Source: Candidatus Peribacteraceae bacterium
GTDB lineage: Bacteria > Patescibacteriota > Gracilibacteria > Peribacterales > Peribacteraceae
Length of the DNA: 41,984 bases
NCBI GenBank assembly: GCA_013140485.1
Contig: JABFSS010000104.1
Span: forward strand, 1 to 41,984
Reading direction: 5' to 3'
Made by a program: the position numbers and the translations under genes. Each line of letters opens with the position of its first letter. Position 1 is the stretch's first letter. The notes under the pieces were generated by a model. That model was given only the letters and a program-made list of their open reading frames with translations, made no database searches and was not told the origin of the DNA. Below, one piece after another: positions 24,270 to 31,105 of this stretch.

Positions 24270-25259
24270 ATGGAAACGAAAAAAGATGACGCCGCACAAG
24301 CAGGTCAGACACCCGGAGTGCCGGGACCAGCGGGGCCACAGCAACCGGCCAGACCGCCGGCAGAGCGGGACACGTCCTACTTGACCGCGAATCTGGGGTC
24401 CAAGCCGTTTACGGACGCGCAGCAGAAGATCCTCCAAGACAAGACCGACCCGGAGGATCTGGATATTTTGCCGACCGGGGAAGTTTATCTCACCCAGGTG
24501 AAGTACCGCATGCGGCTCAACAAGGCGTTCGGGGCGGGCGGCTGGGCGCTGTGTCCGATCGGTAAGCCCATCCTGCAGAGCGGGGTGGTGATGCGGGAAT
24601 ACGCCTTCTATGTGGATGGGCGGTTCATCGCTGAGGCGATCGGGGAGTGCGAGTACCAGGAGAGCAATAAGCGCATGACCTACGCTCAGGCGCTGGAAGG
24701 GGCCAAGAGCAACGCGCTTGTGCGCTGCTGCAAGGACATCGGGATCGCCGCCGAGTGCTGGGACAAGCGGTTCGTGACGCAGTTCCAGAAGGACCATTGC
24801 GTGAGGGTTTGGCGCGATCGGCAGAAGTACGACAAACCGCAATGGCGGCGGAAGGATGCCGAGCCCTGGTACGACGAGCAAGGGGTCGTGGAGGACCGGC
24901 CGCGGAAGGCAGGAAGTCAGCTGCCGGAGCGGCCAGACACCGGCCGGCAAGCGGCTCCGGCCACCGGCGTTACAGCGAAAGACATTGGCTTCGGGGAGGA
25001 CCCCAGGACAGAGGAACAACGGAAGGCCGATGCCCAATACAACGCCCCAGGAAACCGGGACGCGCAGGGCAACCGCAAGGGACCAGGACGGATCCCCAGC
25101 GACGCCGAGCAGGCCGCCGGCTATCGAAAGATGACGGCCAAGAAGGAGAGCAGCTGCATGGGGGGATCCCACCCGGGCATGTGCGTGATCAAGCCGGGCG
25201 ACACGATTTGGTTCAAGTCGGGATACGGAAGCTACTGCGATGCCAAGCACAGACCATAG
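24270..25259 (+). CDS. Mgm101-like (Rad52 superfamily) single-strand annealing protein
   Basis: EVYLTQVKYRMRLNKAFGAGGWAL...GAKSNALVRCCKDIGIAAECWDKRFVTQFQKDHC closely parallels the conserved Mgm101 core as I recall it. Start could be ATG 24270 (after GGGGG), ATG 24258 or GTG 24249. Confidence 0.75.
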   Translation: METKKDDAAQAGQTPGVPGPAGPQQPARPPAERDTSYLTANLGSKPFTDAQQKILQDKTDPEDLDILPTGEVYLTQVKYRMRLNKAFGAGGWALCPIGKPILQSGVVMREYAFYVDGRFIAEAIGECEYQESNKRMTYAQALEGAKSNALVRCCKDIGIAAECWDKRFVTQFQKDHCVRVWRDRQKYDKPQWRRKDAEPWYDEQGVVEDRPRKAGSQLPERPDTGRQAAPATGVTAKDIGFGEDPRTEEQRKADAQYNAPGNRDAQGNRKGPGRIPSDAEQAAGYRKMTAKKESSCMGGSHPGMCVIKPGDTIWFKSGYGSYCDAKHRP

Positions 25260-25398
25260 GGGGCCAAGTGAACGAGGAAACGCGCTGGGTTGCTGAACGG
25301 ATCGAAGGTTGATTCACCCCTGCCGGGGCCGCTCTCCCCGACGGCTCCGAGCAGGGCACACCTGGGAGGGAATGCGTTGATTCACGTTTTGGTTGGCC

Positions 25399-26349
25399 AT
25401 GAATAAGAGCCCGGCATTCCAGTTCTATCCGAAGGACTGGCTCTCGGACGCCAATGTGGTGTCCATGACCAACGAGCAGAAAGGGATCTACATCACGTTG
25501 CTCTGTCACTGCTGGTTGGAGGGTTCCATTCCGTCCGACGTCAGTGCTTTGTCCAGGCTTTGTGGTGTTCAGGTTGACCGCATGAAGAAGCTCTGGCCCG
25601 AAATCGAGCGGTGTTTCAAGCAAAAAGGTGACGGGTTTATCCATTACCGGCTCGTTCAGGAAGGGCTAAAGCAGAAGCTCTGGCGTGAGAAAAGCTCCGC
25701 TGGGGGCATTCGGAGCGCCCGCATTCGAGCCGCTCGGGCGAAAGGGAGTCACACCGAAGAAGAATGGCTTTTTATGCTCTCAGTGATCGGGGAAGTATGC
25801 CCTAGATGTGGTTCAACCACCCTTGAACTCGTAAAGGACCATGTTGTTCCGGTGTACCAGGGGGGAAGCGATCAGCTCAACAATATCCAGCCGCTCTGTC
25901 GAAAGTGCAACGCGGAAAAAGGTCCGGAAGCCATTGACTGGATTAAAGATAAGCGTCTCCTGATTGCTTCAAGGGTGGTTCAACCAAATGGCAACACTCC
26001 AGTCTCCAGTCTTCAGTCTGCTGTTTCCAGTCTGCCTTCTCCAGATCGACTAAAGTCCCCAACCGACTTTTCAACAGGTCTCAAAGCCAACGGCAAAGAA
26101 TCCGAAAAGGTCAACGCCGCGCTGCGCCAGCTGGAATCCAAGTTGCAGGGGGATCCCAGCGTCATCCTTTCGAAATTCCTGATCGGCTTCAAAGACCAGC
26201 AACCCGGGCCGGAACACCTGGCTGAGGAATTCTCCCACTTGGTGAAGAAGATCACCGGCGCCCCCGGCGTCCGGAGCTGGAAGGCCTACGCATTGAAGGC
26301 GGTCGAGACGTACCACGCGGAACGGATTGCCAAGAGGGTCAACCCATGA
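25399..26349 (+). CDS. DUF1376 (YdaU-like) domain fused to an HNH endonuclease domain
   Basis: N-terminal FQFYPKDWLSDANVVSMTNEQKGIYITLLCHCW matches DUF1376. The central CPRCGS...KDHVVPVYQGGSDQLNNIQPLCRKCNAEKG is an HNH motif. Confidence 0.75.
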   Translation: MNKSPAFQFYPKDWLSDANVVSMTNEQKGIYITLLCHCWLEGSIPSDVSALSRLCGVQVDRMKKLWPEIERCFKQKGDGFIHYRLVQEGLKQKLWREKSSAGGIRSARIRAARAKGSHTEEEWLFMLSVIGEVCPRCGSTTLELVKDHVVPVYQGGSDQLNNIQPLCRKCNAEKGPEAIDWIKDKRLLIASRVVQPNGNTPVSSLQSAVSSLPSPDRLKSPTDFSTGLKANGKESEKVNAALRQLESKLQGDPSVILSKFLIGFKDQQPGPEHLAEEFSHLVKKITGAPGVRSWKAYALKAVETYHAERIAKRVNP

Positions 26350-26660
26350 GCGCGACACAGACGTCCCGGGAAGCCTACCGGGGCATTCGGGAAAAGCTGG
26401 GCCGCCGGCAGCTGATGGTGCTGGAGGTGATCGAGCGCCACCCGGCCGGCATCACCAATCTGGAGATCTGCCGGGAGCTGGGCTGGCCGATCAACTGCGT
26501 CACCGGCCGCGTGTTCGAGCTGCGGACCGCGGGGCTGGTGGGCAAGCACGGCCGCCGGGAATGCCGGATCTCCCGCAACAACGCCACGACCTGGGCACGG
26601 GTGCAGGACAAGCAGCTGGACCTGTTCGGGTTCCCGCCGGCCCAAACGAGGGCCGCGTGA
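26346..26660 (+). CDS. Winged-helix DNA-binding protein (104 aa)
   Basis: ATGA coupling. MVLEVIERHPAGITNLEICRELGWPINCVTGRVFELRTAGLV is a MarR-like wHTH pattern. Confidence 0.6.
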   Translation: MSATQTSREAYRGIREKLGRRQLMVLEVIERHPAGITNLEICRELGWPINCVTGRVFELRTAGLVGKHGRRECRISRNNATTWARVQDKQLDLFGFPPAQTRAA

Positions 26661-26935
26661 TGGACGCGTTCAACTTGAACGCCGATAAGGTCCGCAAGGT
26701 CATGGAGGAAATCGGCTGGATGGGCATCTTCTGGAAGAACGTTCGGATCTGCATCCAGAAGCGCTCGGTTCCGGACCGGGGCGAGTACGTCCTGCAGATC
26801 TACTCGATCGGGCCGGTCCCGATTTCGGTGGACCAGCAGGCCGGCTTCCCCCGCTATTTCTTCGACCTGAACAACCTGATCGCGGAGCTGCGGGCTTGGC
26901 TGGAAAAGCGGGAGGCCTCATGCGCACAGGGTTGA
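26660..26935 (+). CDS. Hypothetical protein (91 aa)
   Basis: ATG 26660 overlaps the previous stop (ATGA). Confidence 0.55.
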   Translation: MDAFNLNADKVRKVMEEIGWMGIFWKNVRICIQKRSVPDRGEYVLQIYSIGPVPISVDQQAGFPRYFFDLNNLIAELRAWLEKREASCAQG

Positions 26936-27366
26936 TCGGCCTGGTTTGCGGCGTGATCTCGTTCTGCAACTGCTTGACCGCTTACGCGGAATACAACCCA
27001 CAAAAGGAGGATCTATACGTTGCCGTCATCGTCACCGAAGCGGCCGGCGAGAGCTTCCAAGGCAAAGTCGCCGTTGCCGAAGTCTTACGAAATCGAAACT
27101 GGCGGACCCGGGGATTCGTCGGCCTCCGCCGGCCGGACCTGCGCCGGTTCCTTGCAGCTGAATCTGTGTCCCGGCGTCACGCCCGCCGCGCGATCCGCGC
27201 TGTGCGAAATGGCTCTCAGGTTTGCCGAGGGGCAACCCACTACGAGAACGTCCAAACCTTCGGATGGCCGAAGGATTGGGACCGGCGGCGGATGAAGTTC
27301 CTGGTCAAGATCGGCCAGCACTCCTTTTATCGGGAACACCCCAGGAGGGCATATGCAAGGAATTGA
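26920..27366 (+). CDS. SleB-type cell-wall hydrolase (Hydrolase_2 family) with N-terminal signal or SAR-like segment
   Basis: ATG 26920 after GGGAGG. LIGLVCGVISFCNCLTAYA is followed by VIVTEAAGESFQGKVAVAEVLRNR ... GATHY motifs. Confidence 0.7.
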   Translation: MRTGLIGLVCGVISFCNCLTAYAEYNPQKEDLYVAVIVTEAAGESFQGKVAVAEVLRNRNWRTRGFVGLRRPDLRRFLAAESVSRRHARRAIRAVRNGSQVCRGATHYENVQTFGWPKDWDRRRMKFLVKIGQHSFYREHPRRAYARN

Positions 27367-27526
27367 CCGTTGCCGGGTCTGCGGATTGCCGACGGTCCAT
27401 GATCCGATCGACGAAACGAGCAACTGCACCGGGGGCCACCTGCTAACCCCGAACAAACAAGAGCATGCCGGCGCCAAGCTGGCAGAAGAAGAAACGCAAA
27501 CCGAAAAAGGGAGGAAAGACGCATGA
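27353..27526 (+). CDS. Small Cys-containing protein (57 aa), below the track length threshold
   Basis: I translated it: MQGIDRCRVCGLPTVHDPIDETSNCTGGHLLTPNKQEHAGAKLAEEETQTEKGRKDA. SD AGGAGGG. Its stop overlaps the next ATG (ATGA). Confidence 0.55.
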   Translation: MQGIDRCRVCGLPTVHDPIDETSNCTGGHLLTPNKQEHAGAKLAEEETQTEKGRKDA

Positions 27527-27993
27527 AGAAGCTGATGGTTGGACTGCTGGCGCTGGCTCTGCTGGTCGCGCCGGCCGGAGGGGCGCGGGCGGAGGATTCG
27601 AAGGAGGAAGTTGACGCCGCGTTGCACACGTTGCTGGTCGCCGGAGTTCCGGTTTACCTGGCCGCCGTCTCGGGCCAAGCGGGTGCCGCCGCATTCCAGG
27701 AGCTTACCGCTTTCTGGTTCGTGCCATACGGCATCCTGGTGGGCAGCTACATCGAATGGACCACGGACCCCGAGCGGACCGGCCGCGGCTACGACTACCA
27801 CGGTCAGGAATGGGACGGCTCCGAGGACCGCAAGTGGGAGGATCGCCCAGTCGCGGAAGGGCAGCGGCGCTCCCGCTGGAAGTGGAAGAAGGCGTATCCG
27901 ACCAAGGGAATGCTGGTGAAGGCCAAGCCCACCGGAACGCGGAAGTTTGAGGTCCGCGGCCAGGGTGGCTTGATCGAACGGATCGGTTCGTAA
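27523..27993 (+). CDS. Secreted or membrane protein with signal peptide (156 aa)
   Basis: SD GGGAGGAAAG. MKKLMVGLLALALLVAPAGGARA signal peptide, then two hydrophobic stretches. Confidence 0.65.
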   Translation: MKKLMVGLLALALLVAPAGGARAEDSKEEVDAALHTLLVAGVPVYLAAVSGQAGAAAFQELTAFWFVPYGILVGSYIEWTTDPERTGRGYDYHGQEWDGSEDRKWEDRPVAEGQRRSRWKWKKAYPTKGMLVKAKPTGTRKFEVRGQGGLIERIGS

Positions 27994-28281
27994 GCATCTA
28001 TGACCCGCAGGGAGCGGACAGCAGATCACATGGCGATTCGAAGGGGAAGCCGGGCCCAACTGGCCGGGCGGAAACAGAGAGGATCCATTGATCAACATGG
28101 GCAAGCAGCTGCTGTCGGCGGAGATCTGCGGGGGGCTTGCCCACCTCTTTGACTCACAGCGGGGTGGAGAAGTGGTATCTCGCCGGGCCCATATCCCGGA
28201 GATCGCAGGTCCGATTCCTGCCCCCGCCACTCTTTTTGAAGTTACGGCAGAACGCAGAAGTTAAACCTGGGAGAACAAACA

Positions 28282-29730
28282 ATGTCTGGAACTAACACGA
28301 TCGAAATGGTGCATCTGGAAATCAGCAAGGTAACTCCGTCGAAGACAAATCCGCGAAAAAACTTTGATGCGGCCGCGTTGCAGGAGCTCTCCATCAGCGT
28401 GAAGAAGCACGGCATCCTGCAGCCGATCCTGGTGCGGCCGCTCAACGGATCCGGCACGTTCGAGATTGTCGCCGGTGAGCGCCGCTTCCGCGCAGCCAAG
28501 GCCGCCGAGCTGAAGGAGATCCCGGCTACGGTCCGGGAGCTCTCTGATCAGGCGGTTCTGGAGATTCAGGTGATCGAGAACCTGCAGCGCGAGGATCTCC
28601 ACCCGATGGAAGAAGCCGAGGGTTACCGGCAGCTGATCGCCATACGGCCGAAGGGAGAGGCCCCCTACGATGCCGCGCGAATTGCCGAGCGCATCGGCCG
28701 GTCCGTGAAGTACGTCTACGATCGGATCAAGCTGCTTAACCTGATCGAGCCGTTACGGAAGGAGTTTTCAGAAGACAAGATCACGGCCGGCCACGCGATC
28801 CTGCTGGCCCGGCTTTCAGCGAAGGATCAGAAGCTGGTTCACGATCGCGGGCTCTATCAGCACGAGCACGCGCATTTCAAGGAAATCGTCGCAGACTCCG
28901 ATGGAAAGAAAGCGGTCAGCGTCCGAGAGCTGCAGCAGTTCATCGACGAACACTGCCGTTTTGTTCCGGAGCGCGACGTCGACCCGATGCTCTTTCCTGA
29001 GACGACGGCCCTGCTGAAATCGGCCGATCCTAAAAAGAAGTCGGACAAGATCGTCGCCATCAGCCTGGGCTACGTGCAGGATACGGCCCGGACCGGCGGC
29101 GAGAAGCACGTCTCCCCGCTGTCGTGGAAGCGGGCCGACGGCAAGCAAGGCTCGAAGCCGTGCGATTTCTCCGTGATCGGCGTCGTGGTCGCCGGCGAGA
29201 ACCGCGCGAAGGCCTTTCGGGTATGCCTGCAGAAGGAGAAATGCAAAACCCACTGGGCGGAGTGGCAACGCGCGCGCGCGAAGAATCGCGGCCAAACCGG
29301 CCCCCTGCCGGCAGGGGTGAGCGTTTCCGAGAACGCCCGGAAAGAGAAAGAGCGTATCGAGGAGGAACGCCGAAAAGAGCAGCTGGAGCAGGAGCGGTTC
29401 AATCGGGCACTCCCCGAGATCCTCAAGGCGCTTGCGGAGGCTGTCAAGAAAGCTCCCATTCCGCAGGTGGGGAAAAAGATTGTCGAAGCAATCAGCCGGT
29501 TCTATCTCTCCGGAGATCTCAAGGCTGCCATGAAGTTCTACGTGCCGGGCAAGAGCGCGGAAGAAATGCTCCGCCACGCCATGTATGTCTCGCTGCTGTA
29601 CTCCTTCGACGACGAAGGGGAGACCGAGATCGAAACGCAATGCAAGGCCTTCGGGGTGGACATGAAGGCCGTCATCGATCGGGTCACGCCAGTGCAGACG
29701 TCTGCACCCAAAGCGGGAAAGAAGACGTGA
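28282..29730 (+). CDS. ParB-like N-terminal domain protein (482 aa)
   Basis: PRKNFD...LQELSISVKKHGILQPILVRP...IVAGERRFRAAK...VIENLQREDL are classic ParB/Spo0J boxes. Long helical C-terminal extension. Confidence 0.85.
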   Translation: MSGTNTIEMVHLEISKVTPSKTNPRKNFDAAALQELSISVKKHGILQPILVRPLNGSGTFEIVAGERRFRAAKAAELKEIPATVRELSDQAVLEIQVIENLQREDLHPMEEAEGYRQLIAIRPKGEAPYDAARIAERIGRSVKYVYDRIKLLNLIEPLRKEFSEDKITAGHAILLARLSAKDQKLVHDRGLYQHEHAHFKEIVADSDGKKAVSVRELQQFIDEHCRFVPERDVDPMLFPETTALLKSADPKKKSDKIVAISLGYVQDTARTGGEKHVSPLSWKRADGKQGSKPCDFSVIGVVVAGENRAKAFRVCLQKEKCKTHWAEWQRARAKNRGQTGPLPAGVSVSENARKEKERIEEERRKEQLEQERFNRALPEILKALAEAVKKAPIPQVGKKIVEAISRFYLSGDLKAAMKFYVPGKSAEEMLRHAMYVSLLYSFDDEGETEIETQCKAFGVDMKAVIDRVTPVQTSAPKAGKKT

Positions 29731-30173
29731 AGCGCCGCCTTCGCTGCTGCTGCCGGTTGGATGGTGGGAAGGGAACGCCGATCGTGGAGGTCAACGCGAA
29801 CTGCAAGAAGCACGGCGGCATGACCGTCGAACAGGCCAACGCCAAGCTGGTGCGCCGCCGGCGGGCCGCGGCGGAGGCGGAACCGGCCGCCACGACGCCG
29901 GAGCAGGCGATCGCCGGATCACTCCGCGCGATGGCGGATTACATCGAAGCGGAGGCGGAAGCCCGCGGCCGGCTGATCGTGGCCATGAAGTCGCTGCGGT
30001 TGGACAACATCAAGCTGGTGGGCGAGGTCCGGCGGCTGCGGGATCAGGATCCTCCCGCGCCGGCCGGACCTCCGCGCAAGCGCTGCACCGGCTGCCACGC
30101 TGAGAAGGGGATCGTCAGCCAAGCGCTTCCGGATTGCCCGGTCCATGGCGCGGCGTCAGAGAGGGAAAGCTGA
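29727..30173 (+). CDS. Hypothetical Cys-rich / coiled-coil protein (about 148 aa)
   Basis: GTG 29727 overlaps the ParB stop (GTGA). An alternative ATG lies at about 29820. Cys clusters at both ends. Confidence 0.5.
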   Translation: MKRRLRCCCRLDGGKGTPIVEVNANCKKHGGMTVEQANAKLVRRRRAAAEAEPAATTPEQAIAGSLRAMADYIEAEAEARGRLIVAMKSLRLDNIKLVGEVRRLRDQDPPAPAGPPRKRCTGCHAEKGIVSQALPDCPVHGAASERES

Positions 30174-30535
30174 TGCGCGTCAACGTCTACGCGGAGGAAA
30201 TGACCGCCCGGATCCAGATCATTTGCAAGGTGATTGACGGACAGGTTTTTACCGGGGTCCGTTTTTATCTTGGGTTCCCTTTCGTTCATCGAAAGGGTGA
30301 CGACGATTCGAGCGCGGTGACCTTTTGGGGGAAGAAGGATCTCCGCTGCCAGTTGAAAAAAGCGCTCAAGCTGCTGGACCGGCACTACTCCAAGAAGCCG
30401 CGGCCGGGTACGTGCAGGTTTTGCGGCTGTCAGGAATTCACGCCCTGCCTTAGTCTGCCGGGGGCTATCCCCTGTGGATGGGCCGATAAGAAACGGACGA
30501 TCTGCACTCGATGTGCGGTAGCGAAGCGATCATGA
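30173..30535 (+). CDS. Hypothetical protein with C-terminal Cys-rich motif (120 aa)
   Basis: ATGA coupling with SD GAGAGGGA. The C-terminus is CRFCGCQEFTPCLSLPGAIPCGWADKKRTICTRC. Confidence 0.6.
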   Translation: MRVNVYAEEMTARIQIICKVIDGQVFTGVRFYLGFPFVHRKGDDDSSAVTFWGKKDLRCQLKKALKLLDRHYSKKPRPGTCRFCGCQEFTPCLSLPGAIPCGWADKKRTICTRCAVAKRS

Positions 30536-30780
30536 GCGACCCCCAGCCATCCGACAGAAAGCACCACGCCGAGCAGTTGGTGAAGATCGCGGATCTGATG
30601 GAGCAATCTGCCGACGACAACAGCCCCGATGGCCGGGCTTTCATGAGAGAGCTTCGGGCAGATTATAGGGCTCACGCCGAGGCGATGGGCATCGACATGG
30701 ACAGGACGCTTCCGAAGCTGAAGATGAAACCGCACCCGCTGTACGCCGCCTACCGCCGAGCTTGCAGGAAAAAACGATGA
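30532..30780 (+). CDS. Hypothetical protein (82 aa)
   Basis: ATGA coupling at both ends. Confidence 0.55.
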   Translation: MSDPQPSDRKHHAEQLVKIADLMEQSADDNSPDGRAFMRELRADYRAHAEAMGIDMDRTLPKLKMKPHPLYAAYRRACRKKR

Positions 30781-30923
30781 GCGATCGCAGCCCGGAGATT
30801 GACTGCAACTGCGATCGGCGCGCGGCCGCAGGCCGTGATGAGCGCGGCGACTACGAACGGTGCATTGACTGCGGCCGGAAATACCTGGTCACGAATGACG
30901 ACTTGGTTTTTGTGGAGGAGTGA
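30777..30923 (+). CDS. Zinc-ribbon-like mini-protein (48 aa), below the track threshold
   Basis: I translated it: MSDRSPEIDCNCDRRAAAGRDERGDYERCIDCGRKYLVTNDDLVFVEE. ATGA overlap upstream and TGATG overlap downstream. Confidence 0.5.
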   Translation: MSDRSPEIDCNCDRRAAAGRDERGDYERCIDCGRKYLVTNDDLVFVEE

Positions 30924-31105
30924 TGACGTCGCCCCCGGTATTCGAGATCGGCCAGCGCGTGAAGATCAAGGAGTTGAAGCGGGCGGGTCGGCTTGTCGGA
31001 CTGTTCAGCGATGGAGCGAATTGGCAGTACCAGGTTCGATATTTTGACGAGGCAAAAGCGCAGACCATTTATTTTTTTGCAGACGAATTGGAGGCAGAAT
31101 CGTGA
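30923..31105 (+). CDS. Hypothetical small protein (60 aa)
   Basis: ATG 30923. Its stop overlaps the GTG start of the ATPase gene (GTGA). Confidence 0.55.
   Translation: MTSPPVFEIGQRVKIKELKRAGRLVGLFSDGANWQYQVRYFDEAKAQTIYFFADELEAES

Noticed and set aside
28085-28100. Near-palindrome CCATTGATCAACATGG as a possible parS or operator for the ParB operon.
   Set aside because: It is imperfect, present in a single copy, and unlike the canonical TGTTNCACGTGAAACA parS. I could not find further copies by eye.
27085-28230. 381-aa minus-strand ORF spanning the hydrolase and signal-peptide genes and the gap before ParB. Similar cases are 24255..25250, 34925..36166, 37721..38560 and 15020..15985 on the minus strand.
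   Set aside because: They are antisense to genes with clear domains or coupling, and their composition is typical of GC-rich non-coding frames.
28000-28264. Two possible small ORFs (28000.. about 59 aa, and 28097..28264 at 55 aa) in the gap before the first ParB gene.
   Set aside because: There is no convincing SD or coupling, and the first is Arg-rich nonsense-like. I left the gap as non-coding and possibly regulatory.
30799-31047. 82-aa + strand track ORF.
   Set aside because: It lies in a different frame from two small ORFs (30777..30923 and 30923..31105) that are chained to their neighbours by ATGA/TGATG/GTGA overlaps. Its product is Ala/Arg/Thr-rich with no features.
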